From: Lingula anatina
Lineage: Eukaryota > Animalia > Brachiopoda
Assembly: GCA_051362555.1 (NCBI GenBank)
Contig: CM120645.1
Location: 20,522,001-20,586,000 of the forward strand
Direction: 5' to 3'
Length of the DNA: 64,000 nt
Shown here: positions 1-14,992 of the stretch, piece after piece
Position numbering within the stretch: position 1 is the first letter of the stretch
Layout: every line of letters starts with the position of its first letter
The notes under the pieces: model-generated
Seen by the model: only the letters and a program-made list of their open reading frames with translations
The model's database searches: none
Told to the model about the DNA's origin: nothing
Position numbers and translations under genes: made by a program

Positions 1-311
1 TATTGTTTTGGTTTTGGTTTATCAAGTTAAAGAGGAAGGCTAATTAATATATGAATATTTTTGCGATATGTAAATGGATATTCTCAACTCTAGTTTTTGA
101 TCACTTGAACAGGCGCTATACTTTGTAATCTTGTAGAACACAACACATCTCTGGGGTCAACAAACAAATGGCAGAGATTAGATTTTGCCGCGAGTATTTC
201 TGATTAGTTTATCTCGGAAAAAAAACAAGAATTTACAAAAATTATTTTCCTCTTGGCCGCACTGATTATTGTGGAATAAAAGAAAGTACTTTTAAAATCT
301 AATTTTCTCAG

Positions 312-521
312 GAACTGTACCTCTTTGCCGCACTAGTTATTGCGGTTGTCATAGCAACACCAGTGTCGATGCACCAGTACAGGGAAGTGCAGGGTTGGTG
401 GATACCAGTGAATCCCGAGCGCCATCTGGCGAACACCACCGTGACCAGCTGCCCGTGGTTCATGATCTATAACGAAACAATGAACAGGTATGATCTTAGG
501 TACTCACTGTCACTGTCGCTC

Positions 522-558
<37 letters not shown>

Positions 559-1580
559 GCATTTGTGCGCACTTGTGTCGGATGTTTGCAGTATATTGGG
601 AGAGGGGAGAAGGCATATGTGTGTGTTCTAGTATACCTCTCCTGACGTTATTATTTCCCTACGGGTTTTACCTTATAGAAATGAAACACTTTTGTGATGA
701 AACGCAGTACAGAGGATAAAAGTTATTGTTACTCTAAATTGTGGTACCGTTGGTAATCACTGTCATATAAAACCGTAGTGCTTAATACAAGGAGCCGGTT
801 TCACAAAAGAAAATATACCAAATGCCGTGCTTTACTTTTGCACTCAAATTATAGTCTACTTCAAATCTGGTATGTCTAGTGATGTAATATTTCGTTTCAT
901 GTTTAAATGAACATTTCTTTATTAAACTAGAAAAGCACTCCGAGAGCGCAGACCTCCGCCAAGGCAGCAATTTTTTTATTATTATTGATTATTGATTGAT
1001 TATCGATCCGGATCACCACCAAAAACTAATCATCTGTTCCTTGGCCCTCTTCTGACACTTCCTGAAAATTTCATCAAAATCGGTCTATAATTTTTTGAGT
1101 TATGTTGATGACAGACAGACAAAAAAAAAAACAGGGGTAAAAACATAACCTCCTTGGCGGAGGTAAATATTATTTATCTATGTTGTCGGTCTATGAAAGT
1201 CTGTCTAAAGTTCCTATGGCCGCATTCACAACACTCTGCACTATTATTCAGCACCAACAAAAGTGATACCTGGCACTAACATTCATCCGCTCTGGAAGTG
1301 CTGGTTAATCTGTGGGTTTGGTGGTTACTGTGGGTGTTGGTGCTAAAAGATCTGCGTGTAGTGTTAGTAAAAGCTTACTCCGTTCATAAGACCTAACTCT
1401 ATTCTGTTCAATTGCAGACGTCCACAGCGACTGTGGTCGGCACTATGTCTGACCGACCGCGCCCTTTACGGCAACGGTAGATGCGAGTTTGTAAAGTATA
1501 AAGTATTGGTGGAAAACGAATGGGTCACCGTTAACGCGGGCTGCACGTGCGTTCCAGATTTACAACCCGTTCAAAAGTAA
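312..1580 (+). CDS. IL17: IL-17-family cytokine, 5'-partial (exons 312-487 and 1418-1580; first coding exon not identified)
   Basis: Spliced translation ELYLFAALVIAVVIATP..TSCPWFMIYNETMNR|RPQRLWSALC..GRCEFVKYKVLVENEWVTVNAGCTCV..* has a hydrophobic signal peptide and the IL-17 pattern S-CPW..NR-P..A-C..C..V-x-GCTC. GT-AG intron in phase 2; AATAAA at ~1961. Confidence 0.85.
926..1166. mobile_element. Short non-autonomous element (MITE or Helentron/HINE-like) in the IL-17 intron
   Basis: Inverted repeats ACCTCCGCCAAGG (952-964) and CCTTGGCGGAGGT (1152-1164), with an internal (GACA)n run. Confidence 0.6.
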
Positions 1581-3280
1581 CTGATCCGAGTTTTGGAGCA
1601 AGTGCCAAAACTTCATGAGTTTCAGAAGACCAACATGAAAAAGAATACTGGCATGGCAAATGCGTTTCTCTGGAATGGCGAGGATGAAGAAAGACGTTTA
1701 CCGAATTTGAACTTCGATGTATTGTCGTCTGCTGTTTATTTTACTTACATCTGTTGAATACCTTACACTTATTTCGGTTTGATAAATCAAACGTAGGCCC
1801 TATATACCTGCAATGTTTTTATATCGTCTACTATACATGTATTGTTATAGCTTTACGTCTTTTTGGGCGACTTTATAGGCTTACAATTTTACCATTATTA
1901 TTTAAAAGAGTCTTTCATATTTCCAATATATCAAGGAATACTGATGTTAGTTTTGTAATCAATAAATTCCTAGGAAAATGTATATGATTACGCATTTATT
2001 AATTCCTTCTAGTTCAATTTTCAGTTAAAAAGAAGTGGCGTGTATCTTTTTTATCCAATTAAGGTATGAGTGAAATACCATATATTTAACATAATTAATA
2101 ATACGTCAGTTTTAATGATATGATAAAAAACAGAAAATTGTCAGAATTCAAACATTTTCCCAAACTTTTAAAATCCTTTCTTTATGAAATAAACAAGCCG
2201 GCTAAAAGGCCCTGGCCAGTACGGGCTAAATTTGTAGGCCTACGGTTGCGTTTGGCTTCTCTACCGCAATGTAACTACTACCATTCCATTCCACAAATCT
2301 TAGCAGTTGGGGTATCTGTGTAGACTATTCTCAGCGGCTGTCAAGGCGACTCCAAAGCTCCAATTTCCTTTGGACAGTAAAAACTTAAGTTTTGTTAGAA
2401 CAATGGTTTTGGCAGATATAGGAATTTCAAGAAAAAGATAAAATTTGTAAGTGGAAATCTTGTTTGTGGTTACATCAATGATGAAAATATAGGCCTACAT
2501 GTACATCTGGATAAACTATATAGGCCTAATTATTCATTTTTTAAAACCACGCTACACAAACGTCTCAGTGTTGTTTACAGTAGTACTACATATCAAACCT
2601 AAAACCTAATAAAGCCTATTAATCAAAAACTATAATAAAGATAATAAACGTCAAAAAGGACATGGAAGCGTTCAGATAAACCCATCATACTAACTATCAA
2701 AATAATAAATAAATAATATAAGAAACAATAGAACTACACCAAACAAGGCCAAGGCATTTTTTTTATATCTTTCGCTTTAATTCATATATGATAAAAAACT
2801 GCCCTAAAACAAAATACAAAATAAAATAGACCTACAATTTTATAAATGAACAACGTCACGAGGCAAAGCGTAGGATTCAAGATTTTATGCAAAACAAAGC
2901 ACTTTCCTGACGGCTTATTTATTGTGAAAAACATCCTGTAGATAAACCATCAGAAGATCACACTGTCACGTGCCATGTCAAAATTGGCACGTCTTCCAAA
3001 ATAGGTGCGTCTTGTGATTAACCAAAATATTTTGGCAGGACACTTAATTACAGTCTAGTAGCCTACAAAATGTTTCTGTAGGACACTTGCACCCGAGGAT
3101 CAAGCGGAGCGAGGACGGCAAGGATCGCTTCGAACAGACGGGTAACACAGTTTTGCTCGACGTATTTCTCATTTCATTAAACCAACTCAAATTTAACATC
3201 ACAGAGCACCTTTAGACCGAAAGGTACAAAAAAAAAAAATACATCTGTAATTTCTAAGACGCACAACAACACAGGCACTG

Positions 3281-3288
3281 TGACGTCA
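3281..3288. promoter_or_regulatory. Palindromic CRE/ATF site just upstream of the IRAK start codon
   Basis: gTGACGTCAc about 20 nt before the ATG at 3310, in a locally CpG-rich segment. Confidence 0.5.
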
Positions 3289-3309
3289 CGCAGTAATTAG
3301 GTCACCACC

Positions 3310-3958
3310 ATGGCTGGCCGGCAGGCTGGCGAAGAAGCTCCGCGATATGTCCCAGATATACCATATCCAATTCGACTAAAACTCTGTAGAGCACTCGACG
3401 CCGATAAAGGATGGGAAGATCTAGGTATGTTCTTATTCTTTTGGGTGTAAATTTTGATTTGGGGAGGTATAACATGCATTTCCTTACGTGTTCGTGGAAC
3501 TCTATCAGTTCTTCTGTATTAGTCTTATAGAAGTGAAGCAGGAAGTTCTTAGCGTAGCAAAGTGTATGTTAACACTTTCCTACATATTTTGCTAACCGCG
3601 TATGTAATGTGCTGATGTCGCTCGTATGGTACTAGTCTTTTCATGAATTTTATTTTAAAAACAAGTTGATTTCAAGCCTAATATCTGAGAGTGGAATTGT
3701 CCTACTTGGATGGAAACATTAGAAGCAGATGGATTTAATCAAGAATATTCTGGTGTTTATTTTCTCGACAAAGGAAGTTCTTTTTTTTTAACTTCCTGGT
3801 ATTAAGGGACATGTGAGCAGCTTATTGCCTGTCTTGTAATCATCATAAGTAATAATGTGTATTGAATACCACTCAACCCAAGTGTAGTCACATAACATCT
3901 GCTTAATAATCACACCCCCTCATACCAATAATTAAAGGCATATAACCCCCCCCCCCGA

Positions 3959-3993
<35 letters not shown>

Positions 3994-6900
3994 TAAAGTC
4001 ATCCTGTCTTTCTTAAACAGGACATAATGCAATATTCCTTACATTTTTATAATCAAAGTATTTTGATATGTTGGTTGTTATAAGTTTCAGTCATCATATG
4101 GTTAATTATTAAAATTTGTTCGCAAATCTTCATATTCTTTATCATTTTTGTGAAGAGCATTGGGCCATTATGGAATGTGCTGTATAAGAATTACTTAATC
4201 TTTAATGTTATTATTACCTACTGGCAATTAACTACTGAGAGAAGTCAAATCTCTCAGTTGTTGATATCTAAATCAGGGAACATCTCGTAACATATAAATG
4301 CATCTATTTTAAAACTGTCTCATAATTTTCATATGTGTTACATATAACACACTAATTAACAGATGTGTACAGTACAAATGTGAACATTTTCATTAGAATA
4401 TTTCAGAATGAAATTGTGTGTTGATATCTGGTTTGTTTGCTTGTGTGGCTTCCCATTAAACCTTGCCATTCATATCTCTGGTTGCCCCTGACTTCACAGG
4501 AATGTATGTCACTCTCTATTCTAACAAGAAGTGGATTCTCAGCACAAGACTGTGATTAGTATCCCTCAGTCTTTCAGACAAAACCATATTGCTGTACAGT
4601 AAGCTTCCCATGTTTTTCACATTTTTTTTCATTTGTAAGGCTCTCAGTCTTGGGTGTGATCAACATTGATTTGCAGCACCTTTTTCAGATCAAATTAATA
4701 ATGCCCATCATGTTTTTACTGATAATTAATGGCAGTCATTGTCCTCTTAAGGGTCTTTCTCACTTCATATCTTACTTTCTAATGTCTTTCAGTATTCAAA
4801 GAACTCATTTTGTCACAAAGTACAATTTTGGTCGCAGTCACAACCAAACCGACTTACCCTTAAATGTTAAATTGATATTTCCATATGCTGTTTTCACAAT
4901 TTAAACAAGTTAGGAAGGGAAAAAGGATACAGTGTGCCTTTAAATTTTAAGCCATATGCTTCCTTTGGAGAAAGATAGATCTTTCCTCATTGGGAATGCA
5001 TTCTAAGGGTGCATTCCCAGAGATTTAGATCGATCCAGAGATTTAGATTTAGATTGACCTAACTCCCTGGGGGTTCACGCTAAATTGCAGTCAGCCGAGC
5101 CTGCACCATAGTTAATTACCCCCTTACAACTTTTAGTAGGCGGGACAGATGCTTAAGCCAGCTAAGCTGACAGTAGTCTAGTGAAACTCCCCACAGGGAT
5201 AGAGCGATCTAAAATCTATGGGAATGGGGTCTAAGGTGCTATATTAATTACTAGTAGCTATCCGGTTGTTTGCTGCTGTCAGGTGGACTATTTTCCCTGT
5301 ATATTATTCCTGATCTGAAACCAGCCATATATCTGATTGTTTTTGAACTTTTCAATACATTCAAAAGAACAGGTACTTCCTTCTGCCTTCTAATGGAAAA
5401 TCACTGTATAATAGCTAGTATGTGGGAAGTAAAACTATTGGTCTGTTAAATTCACATTAACATTAAGTGCAGGCTAAGCCAGGATTGCTTTCTTTTATTT
5501 ATGTATACTGTATATCAAAAGAATTTTTGTGCACTTGATTACAATCAGTTTTTTTCTGTTGTTGTCGTTGATTATTATCTATGAAATATGTTGTTTAGGT
5601 GTGCATGTGTGTATTTGATAGAGAGAGAGAGTTGAGAGTTGTTACATGTTTCCATATATATATATATATACTAATTTTTATCAAACCAAAATATTTTCAG
5701 CATTTGATAAAATTAGGCCTTTCTCACGGTTTGCGTGTTTGAACATGGGAGCTATTTTTTTACGTTCCTGTTGGTAACAGTGGTGTACCCTATTTTTGTT
5801 GCTTATAAATAAACATTAGATTAAGGTCAAGGTTTGTGCAAGTTGTCAACATATTCAACGTCCCTGGATGTTGCCTGTGGAGATATTATCACAACTGAAT
5901 TATTGTAAAATTAATGGGTCGGATGTGTCATTTGGCTTCAAAGGAAATGGTCAGACAGTGGTCTCTCTGTAACCTAGCCAGATGTCTCCGACCACACTCA
6001 TAAATTATAATTTAATCATAAGTCATCTCCTACCTGTAATTAAGTTCATTGTTTATTGTCCTTTGTTCAGATAGGCTATATAACTTGCATGTATTCTCTG
6101 AGAGAAGAAGACTGGACGTGGCCACACCAGACAGCTGAACAAGCTGACTGGAGGTCCCAGCTCTCAACCAGGAATAAACCGGACTTTGTGGAAATATATT
6201 CTAAGTCTTGCTTATTTATTCTTGGACCATGTCGCGGTGGATCTGATCCCCAATCCCGCCGTGATAACTGTTGGAGAACCTTAGGCATTTTAACTTCCCC
6301 AGTACCTCTCGCAACGAAGATGGAAAGACTTGGGAGACAAAATATCTTACCAGCAGATATTTTTAATATTCTACTGGAAGTTGACCAAGTACCATCTATG
6401 TACAATGTGAGTAAGGTGAATGAAGAACTGTCTATTACTTTAAAGTAGAAAACCATTCCACAGATACCAAAATGAGGACCAGCGAGGTGAACACCCTATC
6501 AACAATGAAAGTAGAGAAGAAACATTTTGGAGAACCGGACTTTGTGGAAATATATTCTAAGTCTTGCTTATTTATTCTTGGACCATGTCGCGGTGGATCT
6601 GATCCCCAATCCCGCCGTGATAATATATGCAGAATCTGAATAAACATAAAGTTAAAGACAAGTGCTATTTTTGCCAGTTGCCAGTTTTGTTTACTTTCCT
6701 TGGCAGCATAGGCTGTTAAGTGTAAAAAGTCACTGTCTCTGACGGGACGTCTCTGACGGGACACTTTTGGGCACTATTGAAAAATCTTAGAAAAGAGGTT
6801 TAAAAAGCCACATTTTTGTATCCAATGAATCTTACTTGATGGTTATTGCAAAATAGCATTTCTGTACATTAGAAAAATCACCAGATGCAATATGTTTAGA

Positions 6901-9900
6901 ACATTAATTAATTATCATGACACAGCGATAAGGCACAGTATAATTTTCGTGTAATCCACTGTCCATTACTGCTATTTCTCAATATCAATCAACATTGTCC
7001 ATGATAGTTCACATAATAATTCCTGTTTTTTAATTAGTCTTAGAACACATATCTTTTCTGCACTTTAGAGATTTTTTCAACCAGTCACCTTAACAGGTGA
7101 TGGAAACAAGTTAAGTCCACGAGTGTCTATGCTAGGCATTGGAAGGACTTCCTTTGCATCTTTTATGGGAATCCATGCTTTGTCTTCTGTGGCAGGGTAC
7201 AAAAAGTTTCTTTTGCCAGAACCTTCAGTACGTAAGAAACTGACTTTCACTTTGCCGTCTTTAGTGTCATGGATGACCTGACCTAAGAATTGTTTTACTC
7301 CTTTCCTGGCAGCAAACTCCGCAATGACAAAATCTCCCTGGTGAGACTGAGCTGTGCCTTGACCAACATTGTCATAGTGCGGATGTGCAGGCAAATCTAA
7401 GTCCACAGTCATATGAATAAGTTTAGCATATTAAGAGGGTTGCTGGTACAAAGAATTGGTTGACACAAGAACATGTCCACGGGTCTGGGGCTGGGGCTGA
7501 AGCTGTTGGAAGTGTTGAATTCCTGGAACAGATGGACAGTTTTCCCAGCGACTGCTGATGGGCGCGGTAGCTGCTACAATATCTGCTGCAGACTGGTGCA
7601 TTATGTTGACATTGGGGCATAATTCTTTGCCAGCCAAATAGAATTGATAAGGTGTGTCTACAACCATTTTTCTCTGGAGCACTGCTCTCCAAACCTGATG
7701 TTTCATTTCCCCTACGATCCCATCCACTGGTCCTTTGCCATGGGCAGTGGTATAAAAAGTACCACTGCGCTCCATACCAAAATCTCCCTCATGATAGTAC
7801 CATGTTTAGACAGTAAAAACCAACTTTTGAATTGACTGGGGGCTCGGGCTCCGTCTGACCAGTAATGGACTTTGCTGAATGAATGCTGGTGTTGGAGGTC
7901 TTCAAGAATGGCCTTATTACAAGTGAAGACGGGCTGTTTGTTATGATGCAGTTCATCAGATACCATAAAATATGGTTGGAGCTGGAGGTCTCCTTCAGAC
8001 TCTCTTCTAAATCATGCACATGCAGTGAACAGAATGACCTGCTCACAGTTCTAGTGCTCTGACATGATCTCTGACGGCACATGTCAACACCTAATCACTG
8101 ACAGTCAACCTAGCTAATAATCAGCAATGGTTAATGAATTACCCAGTAATGATCAGTTGCAAAAGAAAAATAAGAAATGTAACACACCAGAACATTTGAA
8201 AATGATTCAATTGAAGATGTAAAACCTCGTGTTTCACATCTGTCAGAAAATGTCCCGTCAGAGACAGAAAATGTCCCGTCAGAGACAATGATAAAATGTG
8301 GCAATAAATTCACTGTAAATTGTTTTAATTTTGTAATTTTTAGCTATAATCATTACTTATCATTATTGAAAAGAGGATTTTAAGTTTCATTTATACAACC
8401 TACCAGATGTGGAAAATATGAAAACTTTTCGAAGTCAAATGTCTCTGACGGGACACACCACTCCTAGTGCTAAATAATTTTTTACTCAAAATAAGTGATA
8501 GGTGGCAGTTTTCTATGTTAAACTATTACTTCTGATTAGTTTAACATATTTGGGTGATAAAAACTTGAAAAAACAACCTAATATCTGACTCAGGCCAATA
8601 TGACCATGTGTCCCGTCAGAGACAATTTTTTTTTTTCCTTTATGTTTCCCAGTGGCTCACAGAAAAAGTACTGGGAGTATATCAATGAAACTTACATTAT
8701 CTGAAAATTTGATTTGTTTTCTACAAAAATGTAACAATTTTAAATTTCAATGAAACAAAAAAAAATTTGACACCCATGGCACCGTTACCGTGTTTTGACC
8801 CTAAAAGAAATAAATTGTTCTGAAAAAAAATGTAAACTGTTATGTGAACAAAGTAATCTTTTGGCTAAAAGATTTGATTTGACTGAAACTCCATTGTACA
8901 TTATTTGGTTTAAAGGAAACATCTATTTGAATTACTTCATTTTATGTAAAATGGTCATGGAAGCTGACACAGCCACTAAATGATACTTAGACCCTGTTCC
9001 CATGCCTACATCGATCATAGCAGGATAGACCCATCTCCGAGGGGTTTCTTGCTAAATTGCATTCAGCTTAAGTGGCTTAGATGTCTTCTTTTAGGAAGAT
9101 GAATTACCGGTAAAAGGAAATAGATATGGCCCTATGGGGGAGGAGGAGGGGGGGGGGGGTCCTGATTTCTACTCTTTATATTTCCACTTCAGTCAAGTCA
9201 CCTAGAGTGAAAGAGGCATATTTATTTTATTTTATTGTTTTATTTTAGGGATATCAGTTTCTTTTTCAAATAAGCTCTCTGCAGGGAAAAGTCAAACAGT
9301 GATTTGTGAATAGGAGAAAATTGCTTTTTATGTAGGAAAATTCAATTTGGCATGAAAATCCTGTATAGGATAGATTTCTTTAATCGTTTCAAATTACCAA
9401 AACATTCTGTCTTTCAGCTGGGGATCTCCAATATGCACTGACAGATATACTGCTATTCAATAACGCCTACATGCGTCCAGGCGGGAGCCCGACCAACGAA
9501 CTGCTGACAAGCTGGGGACATCGAAATCCTTCCATTATAACCCTATTTAAACTGCTGGCAAACCATAGACGTTGTAGAGAGATGCAACTGCTGAAAGATT
9601 TAGGTAAGACAATGTCAAGACTAACATCAATCTTCATAGAAAAGATTTTTTTGTGTAAAAAGTATTACATAGTAAAAGAACTTGATAAAATGAATATATG
9701 AGTGTTAAGAGAGTCACATATTGAATGAATAAAAACAGAACAGATTTGACATTTTTCCAACTCAAAATTGTCCATAATCAATGAAATTTTCTTTCTACTT
9801 CTACTTGCTATGATCGAAAATAGAAACTGAAACAAAGAAAATGAAATTGACAGACGCTTTATCAGCGCACAGTTTTGATGAAATGCGACTGATAACTAGT

Positions 9901-10857
9901 CAGAGAAATGCCACTTTCTCTTCCTCCCTCAGGTCCATATCCATAGCTGATATTAACATCATATTCTTGTAAGACATCAGAGCAACAGCCTGGAAAAAAC
10001 AAACAAATGGCAGATATTACCCAAGTTATTAAGTACTGGCAGATAGACTAGCGAGGCATGTGAAATGTGCATTTAGGAGTCTTTTAACTGATAAGAGCAG
10101 TTGTATGGCCCATTTACTGCTTTCTGCTGTGAAATATATGGGTTATTTTAGCTTTGAGCTATGTGATATGATGTTGTCATTAACAACTGTGAAGGCATTG
10201 TCTGATTAGAATTGCGGAATATACTTGATACAATGGTTCATATAGATGTTAGGGAAAAAAACCCTAAAAGACAAAATTTGGATTGTCAGAGCAGTTTCAT
10301 TATTAAAGGGGCTGCTAAGTAAAATCCAGTCATATATAACTCTTCGCTTAATATTTCACATTCTGGCAAAATACCCCAAATTTGATGATTGTCCCAGAAG
10401 ACACAACTATCCCAATTTTTTTTTTTTTTTTTTTTTTGTACACAAGTCCCATATTATGAGTGTGCCTCATCTTGTATCAACATCTAAGCATTCATTCATT
10501 TCCAATAAATGTGCAAAATGTTCAAATCTTGTTTGATGTTTATGACTTTAATTTGGTGTACAATAGAAGTGGTGTTGATCCACCTCAACCCCTGAATATA
10601 CTTGTAATTATGTTCTTATCATCCTAAAAGAATGCAACCATTCTCTAGTGATGCACAGCTTATGACATTTTATTCTATCTCCATGTATTTCAAGATCAAG
10701 GAATTACTAAACTTAAGGGAAATTCCAGTTTTTTTTTTTTTTTTTTTTTTTTTGTTGTTGTTGTCCTAAACCCGGAAGTAGGTGTTATATTTTATTTAGT
10801 CTAACCCAAATTCAAATGCAAAAAATCAATAAGGAGTTGTTGATATTTTTCAACTAC

Positions 10858-10888
<31 letters not shown>

Positions 10889-13800
10889 AAAGCATTGACC
10901 TAGATGTGGATTTCAGAGGGGATTCCCCTTAAAATAAGCAATGCCCATTGGCTGAAATGCTGGCCCATAGCTGATAAGGAAGTAACTTTCACTACTACAC
11001 CGAACCCTTAGGAGTAATCAGAATGGACAAAGCAAGCACTAGACTTAGATTCCCACAAGGTACGATTTCCTGATTTTATCACAACTTATGTTCTATTAAT
11101 GAGTCCAGAAGAGAACTCTGTCTTGTATATTGTTTCAGTTGTTGAAATTCTACATTTCCTTGTTATGTTGAGGTGTGATTTGTCATTGTTATTTGAGGCA
11201 TGGACTTATGTAAACTTCTTGACCAGTGTACTGTACGAGTTGATAAAAAATTATGTCACTGGCCAGAGCAATATTTTACCTGATATATACTAGCTATTTT
11301 AGTAACTCAAAATAGTAATGTAATCAATTTGAAGGTGAATGATTTTCAGAAATGTTTTTATGAATATATCAGTTTGAATTGTTGTCATAGGAAGTGCAGG
11401 AAGAACTAATATAACAAATCAAATTTAGTTGAAATTGTTTTAACAATAAGAATCAAAATTCTTAATCAAAACATTGATATGGTGATTGTTTAGATTTATT
11501 AAGTTAGTATGCATGGCCTTGAAATACTAACCTGTGTCAATAAGAGTAATGAGTCGTTTGCATGTTAAAACAAATGTACTTGCTGGGGATACTGTACATT
11601 ACCTGAAGGTACTACCTCTTTAATGAATCAGGAAGTAGAGGGGAATTTACTACTTTGAGAAAACTTCGATAGGGTATATTAATTTTCCTCGCTTCTGTGT
11701 TTGTCCTTAAAGCATTAATACTAAACATATCATTAAAAGAAAATATGCTTAATGTATTCGCTTTGGCTATATGAAAAATAAAGAATAAAATCCATGCATT
11801 TCAGAATATAAATTTCACACCATTTGTTCTAGACAAAAGATAATTGGAGTTACTAGATGATGAGCTATTTGGAGTCTGCTTTGTTTTCATGTGCTAGAGA
11901 GAGAATTTTTAAGTCTGGGTTGAAGACTTTTATTGTCTCAACGAGCGTAAATCTTAAGTTAACAGTACCAGTTCCACAGGTGTGTTTTTAGAGGTTCTAC
12001 TAAGCAGTTACCATGTACAGAGGACTTCACAAGTCCTTTCACAAGTCCTCCTGTGTGGACAGAAGTTAATGTCAGACACTGGCGTCACATGGCGTTTGTT
12101 CATGGGGAGTGTGAATGGGTGGGGGTAAAACCAGGGGTGGACCCAGAGATATTTTCTGACATCCTTTCAAATTATATTTGTAGATCCATCCTCCAATTTT
12201 GACTGCCTTCCAATAGAAAAAATTAGATAATTGTCAATGTAAACTCAAAAATCTGACAGTTTTCTGGAAGACTCGGAAGACAGCCTCTATCTGCCCCTGC
12301 AGAACTCTCTAAAATATTACTACTTGATAGCAGGACAAATGAGTCGTCAGTCTCTAAAAACATATCAGTACAGCTGTAATGTTGAGATATAATGCTTAAT
12401 ATGAAAAAGTGATGTGTTCATGGACAGAGTAAGTTAAGAAAGCTTTACTCAATAACCATTGTTATGGGCTTGTCTGTATCTCTTGATCAGCTGTCTTAGT
12501 GGCCGATGACATGAATGAACCCACTAAACTTAAAGTAATTACCATGCCAAGGTAATGTTTCTCCTGAGACTTAATAATTTAATTACAGCTCTGTGAGGGA
12601 TTAGGGATGTCGAAGGTGCACTGTCTCAGTTGACAGGGATGGTTTCCCTTTAATTTAATTTAATTTTGGTCAGTTTCACTTTTAAATAAATCCATATTGG
12701 TCCAGTTCAGTTAAGTAGTAAGTGTTATTCTGAGACATTAGCCATGTCTTTTGTATTATAAAACAGACACAGTGTTTCATGAAATTGGACTACTACATGC
12801 CCTGAATTATCTTGTGTGAAATTAAACTGAAATTTTGGTTTATACTTTTTGGGCTAAAATTTTTCTTATTTATTTGTTTTGTTGTTTATTTTTTCTTTTT
12901 TAAAATAGTCCCAGGTATTTTATTCTAGGAAACTGCTGCTGAAATCTTGAAACACACAGGCTGTTTTTATGTCATTCATCCTATTGTTAAACCAGTAATT
13001 GGTTACTATGCAAGCATTATGCCGTATGTTGCTAATATGAAGAAACTGATGTGGAACAAGCATCCTATAATCCAAATTGAAACATAAAATGAAGTGGTCA
13101 ATAAACTAAGTAGTATGTGTATAATCTGTGTATATATGTGAGAGAGTGAGAGATAAGTTATTGTCGTCATACTAATGCTATAAAATTTGATCAATTATTT
13201 AATGCAACAACCCAACAGCTTCTGAAACTTGCAAAATTGATTCAAATTATCATGGAGAGAGTCTCCTCTCCAGGTTAAAATTGTGAAACCTCTCTAAACT
13301 GTAACCAGTTTATGAGAATACACCATTGTCATGGTCATGCAAGAAAGAATTTATAAGACAAGATCTGTTTGACAGTAGTATGTCTTTTATGATTCTACTC
13401 TCACACCTTTAGCCAATTAGGAGAAAGGCATTTATTAAATGTAGACATTAATGACCTAATAACATGTCACTGTTATTGGCATTTTCCATTTCCTTATCAC
13501 ATTGGATCCTTGTAATTTATGGGTGAGTAGCTAGGTGCTGTTCTCACTATGCATTCTGATTTCCCAGATTTGTATAGTATGAAAAGGGTATTGTCTCATT
13601 TTAGCACCTGCAATTATATTGAGATTGGTTTCCTTTGCAGTAACTTTTTTGATATCAATTATTTACCAACACAAGGCCCGACTCAGCAGTTATCAAATTA
13701 CATATTTTATTATTTTCCTTCCTCAGTGCCAGAAGAGTACCACCGCCTAATGGACGAAGACTTCAGTGGAAATTTGTTTGAGAGGAGCGACAGCAGTCTG

Positions 13801-14759
13801 AGCAGATGTTCCAATAAAAGTTTTGATGAAAGTAATTGATTAAAATGTGTAATGTTTGGAATACACATTGTCTGAAACAATGTCTTATGACACTTCTGTT
13901 CGTGTTTCTTTAAACTTCCTTTTAACAAAAGTCCAAGCCTTTAGAAACTTTCCAACTTTCAGTAAATTTGCTATAAGGTATTTTACCATAAAATTGAGCT
14001 CTGTTGCAGATTTACAGTAAATTTGCAGCAAAAGCATAATTAGAAGTGTTTGATCATATGCACAATTTAGTTCAGTCGATTTAAAATAGAAATGGTAGTA
14101 TTTATTTTGAGTTAGAAATTTCAAAATAATATTTTTATACAAAGTATTATAAAATTAGTAAAATTTATACAATTCTTAAATAGGTATTTTTCCTATGGTT
14201 GTTTTAGTAATAATTTTATTAACTGTATTACAATAAACTGAAGAAAAAACATCATCTGATCTTTTACAGACCTTCCTTTGCCACCACAGAATGTGGAGAA
14301 TGATGAAACCTTGGATTACACCTACCATAATGTAGGCCAGCCAGCGTCAGCTCAGTCACTACAAAATGGCTACCACAAAGACAACCGAGACCAGAACATG
14401 AACGAAGACAAGCTGAAAGATATTTCTTACGAAAATGAAAAATCCATCAAAGACATGCTGTCTCCTCTCTTCAGTGAGGCGCAGCCATCCTATCCTTGTC
14501 ACCCAAATAAGAATCCACACCAGATGAGAAAAATGCACCCGCAGTCGCAAGAAAACGAGGAGTTAGACTACGAGAATGCACTGCCAGTGATGAAGAACAG
14601 GGTTCTCCCTCACGAGCCTCAGGAGTCGGAGTGTGACTTCACTGAACCCTCCACGGGTTATACACAGAGGCAGTCACCCCAGTCCATTCAGTCTGTGGGC
14701 AGTGAGGGTTCGTCTCTGTCCTGCCCAGAAGAAGGTACGACAGCACATGTTTTTGTTAA

Positions 14760-14823
<64 letters not shown>

Positions 14824-14945
14824 GATGATTTTTAACTATTTAATTTCCACACCAAAAAATAAATGAATAAATAAATAAAACCTTTTCAGAAATAATTTGA
14901 GTTGATTTAATCCCTCAGGAAGAAGGTATGGTGGCACATCTTTTA

Positions 14946-14992
<47 letters not shown>

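Noticed and set aside
168-203. ATG at 168 as IL-17 exon 1
   Set aside because: The nearby GT gives the wrong phase for the 312 acceptor, and the frame closes at TGA.
14761-14990. Poly-Ile and poly-Leu ORF tails
   Set aside because: Translations of intronic (ATT)n microsatellites beyond the donor at 14735.
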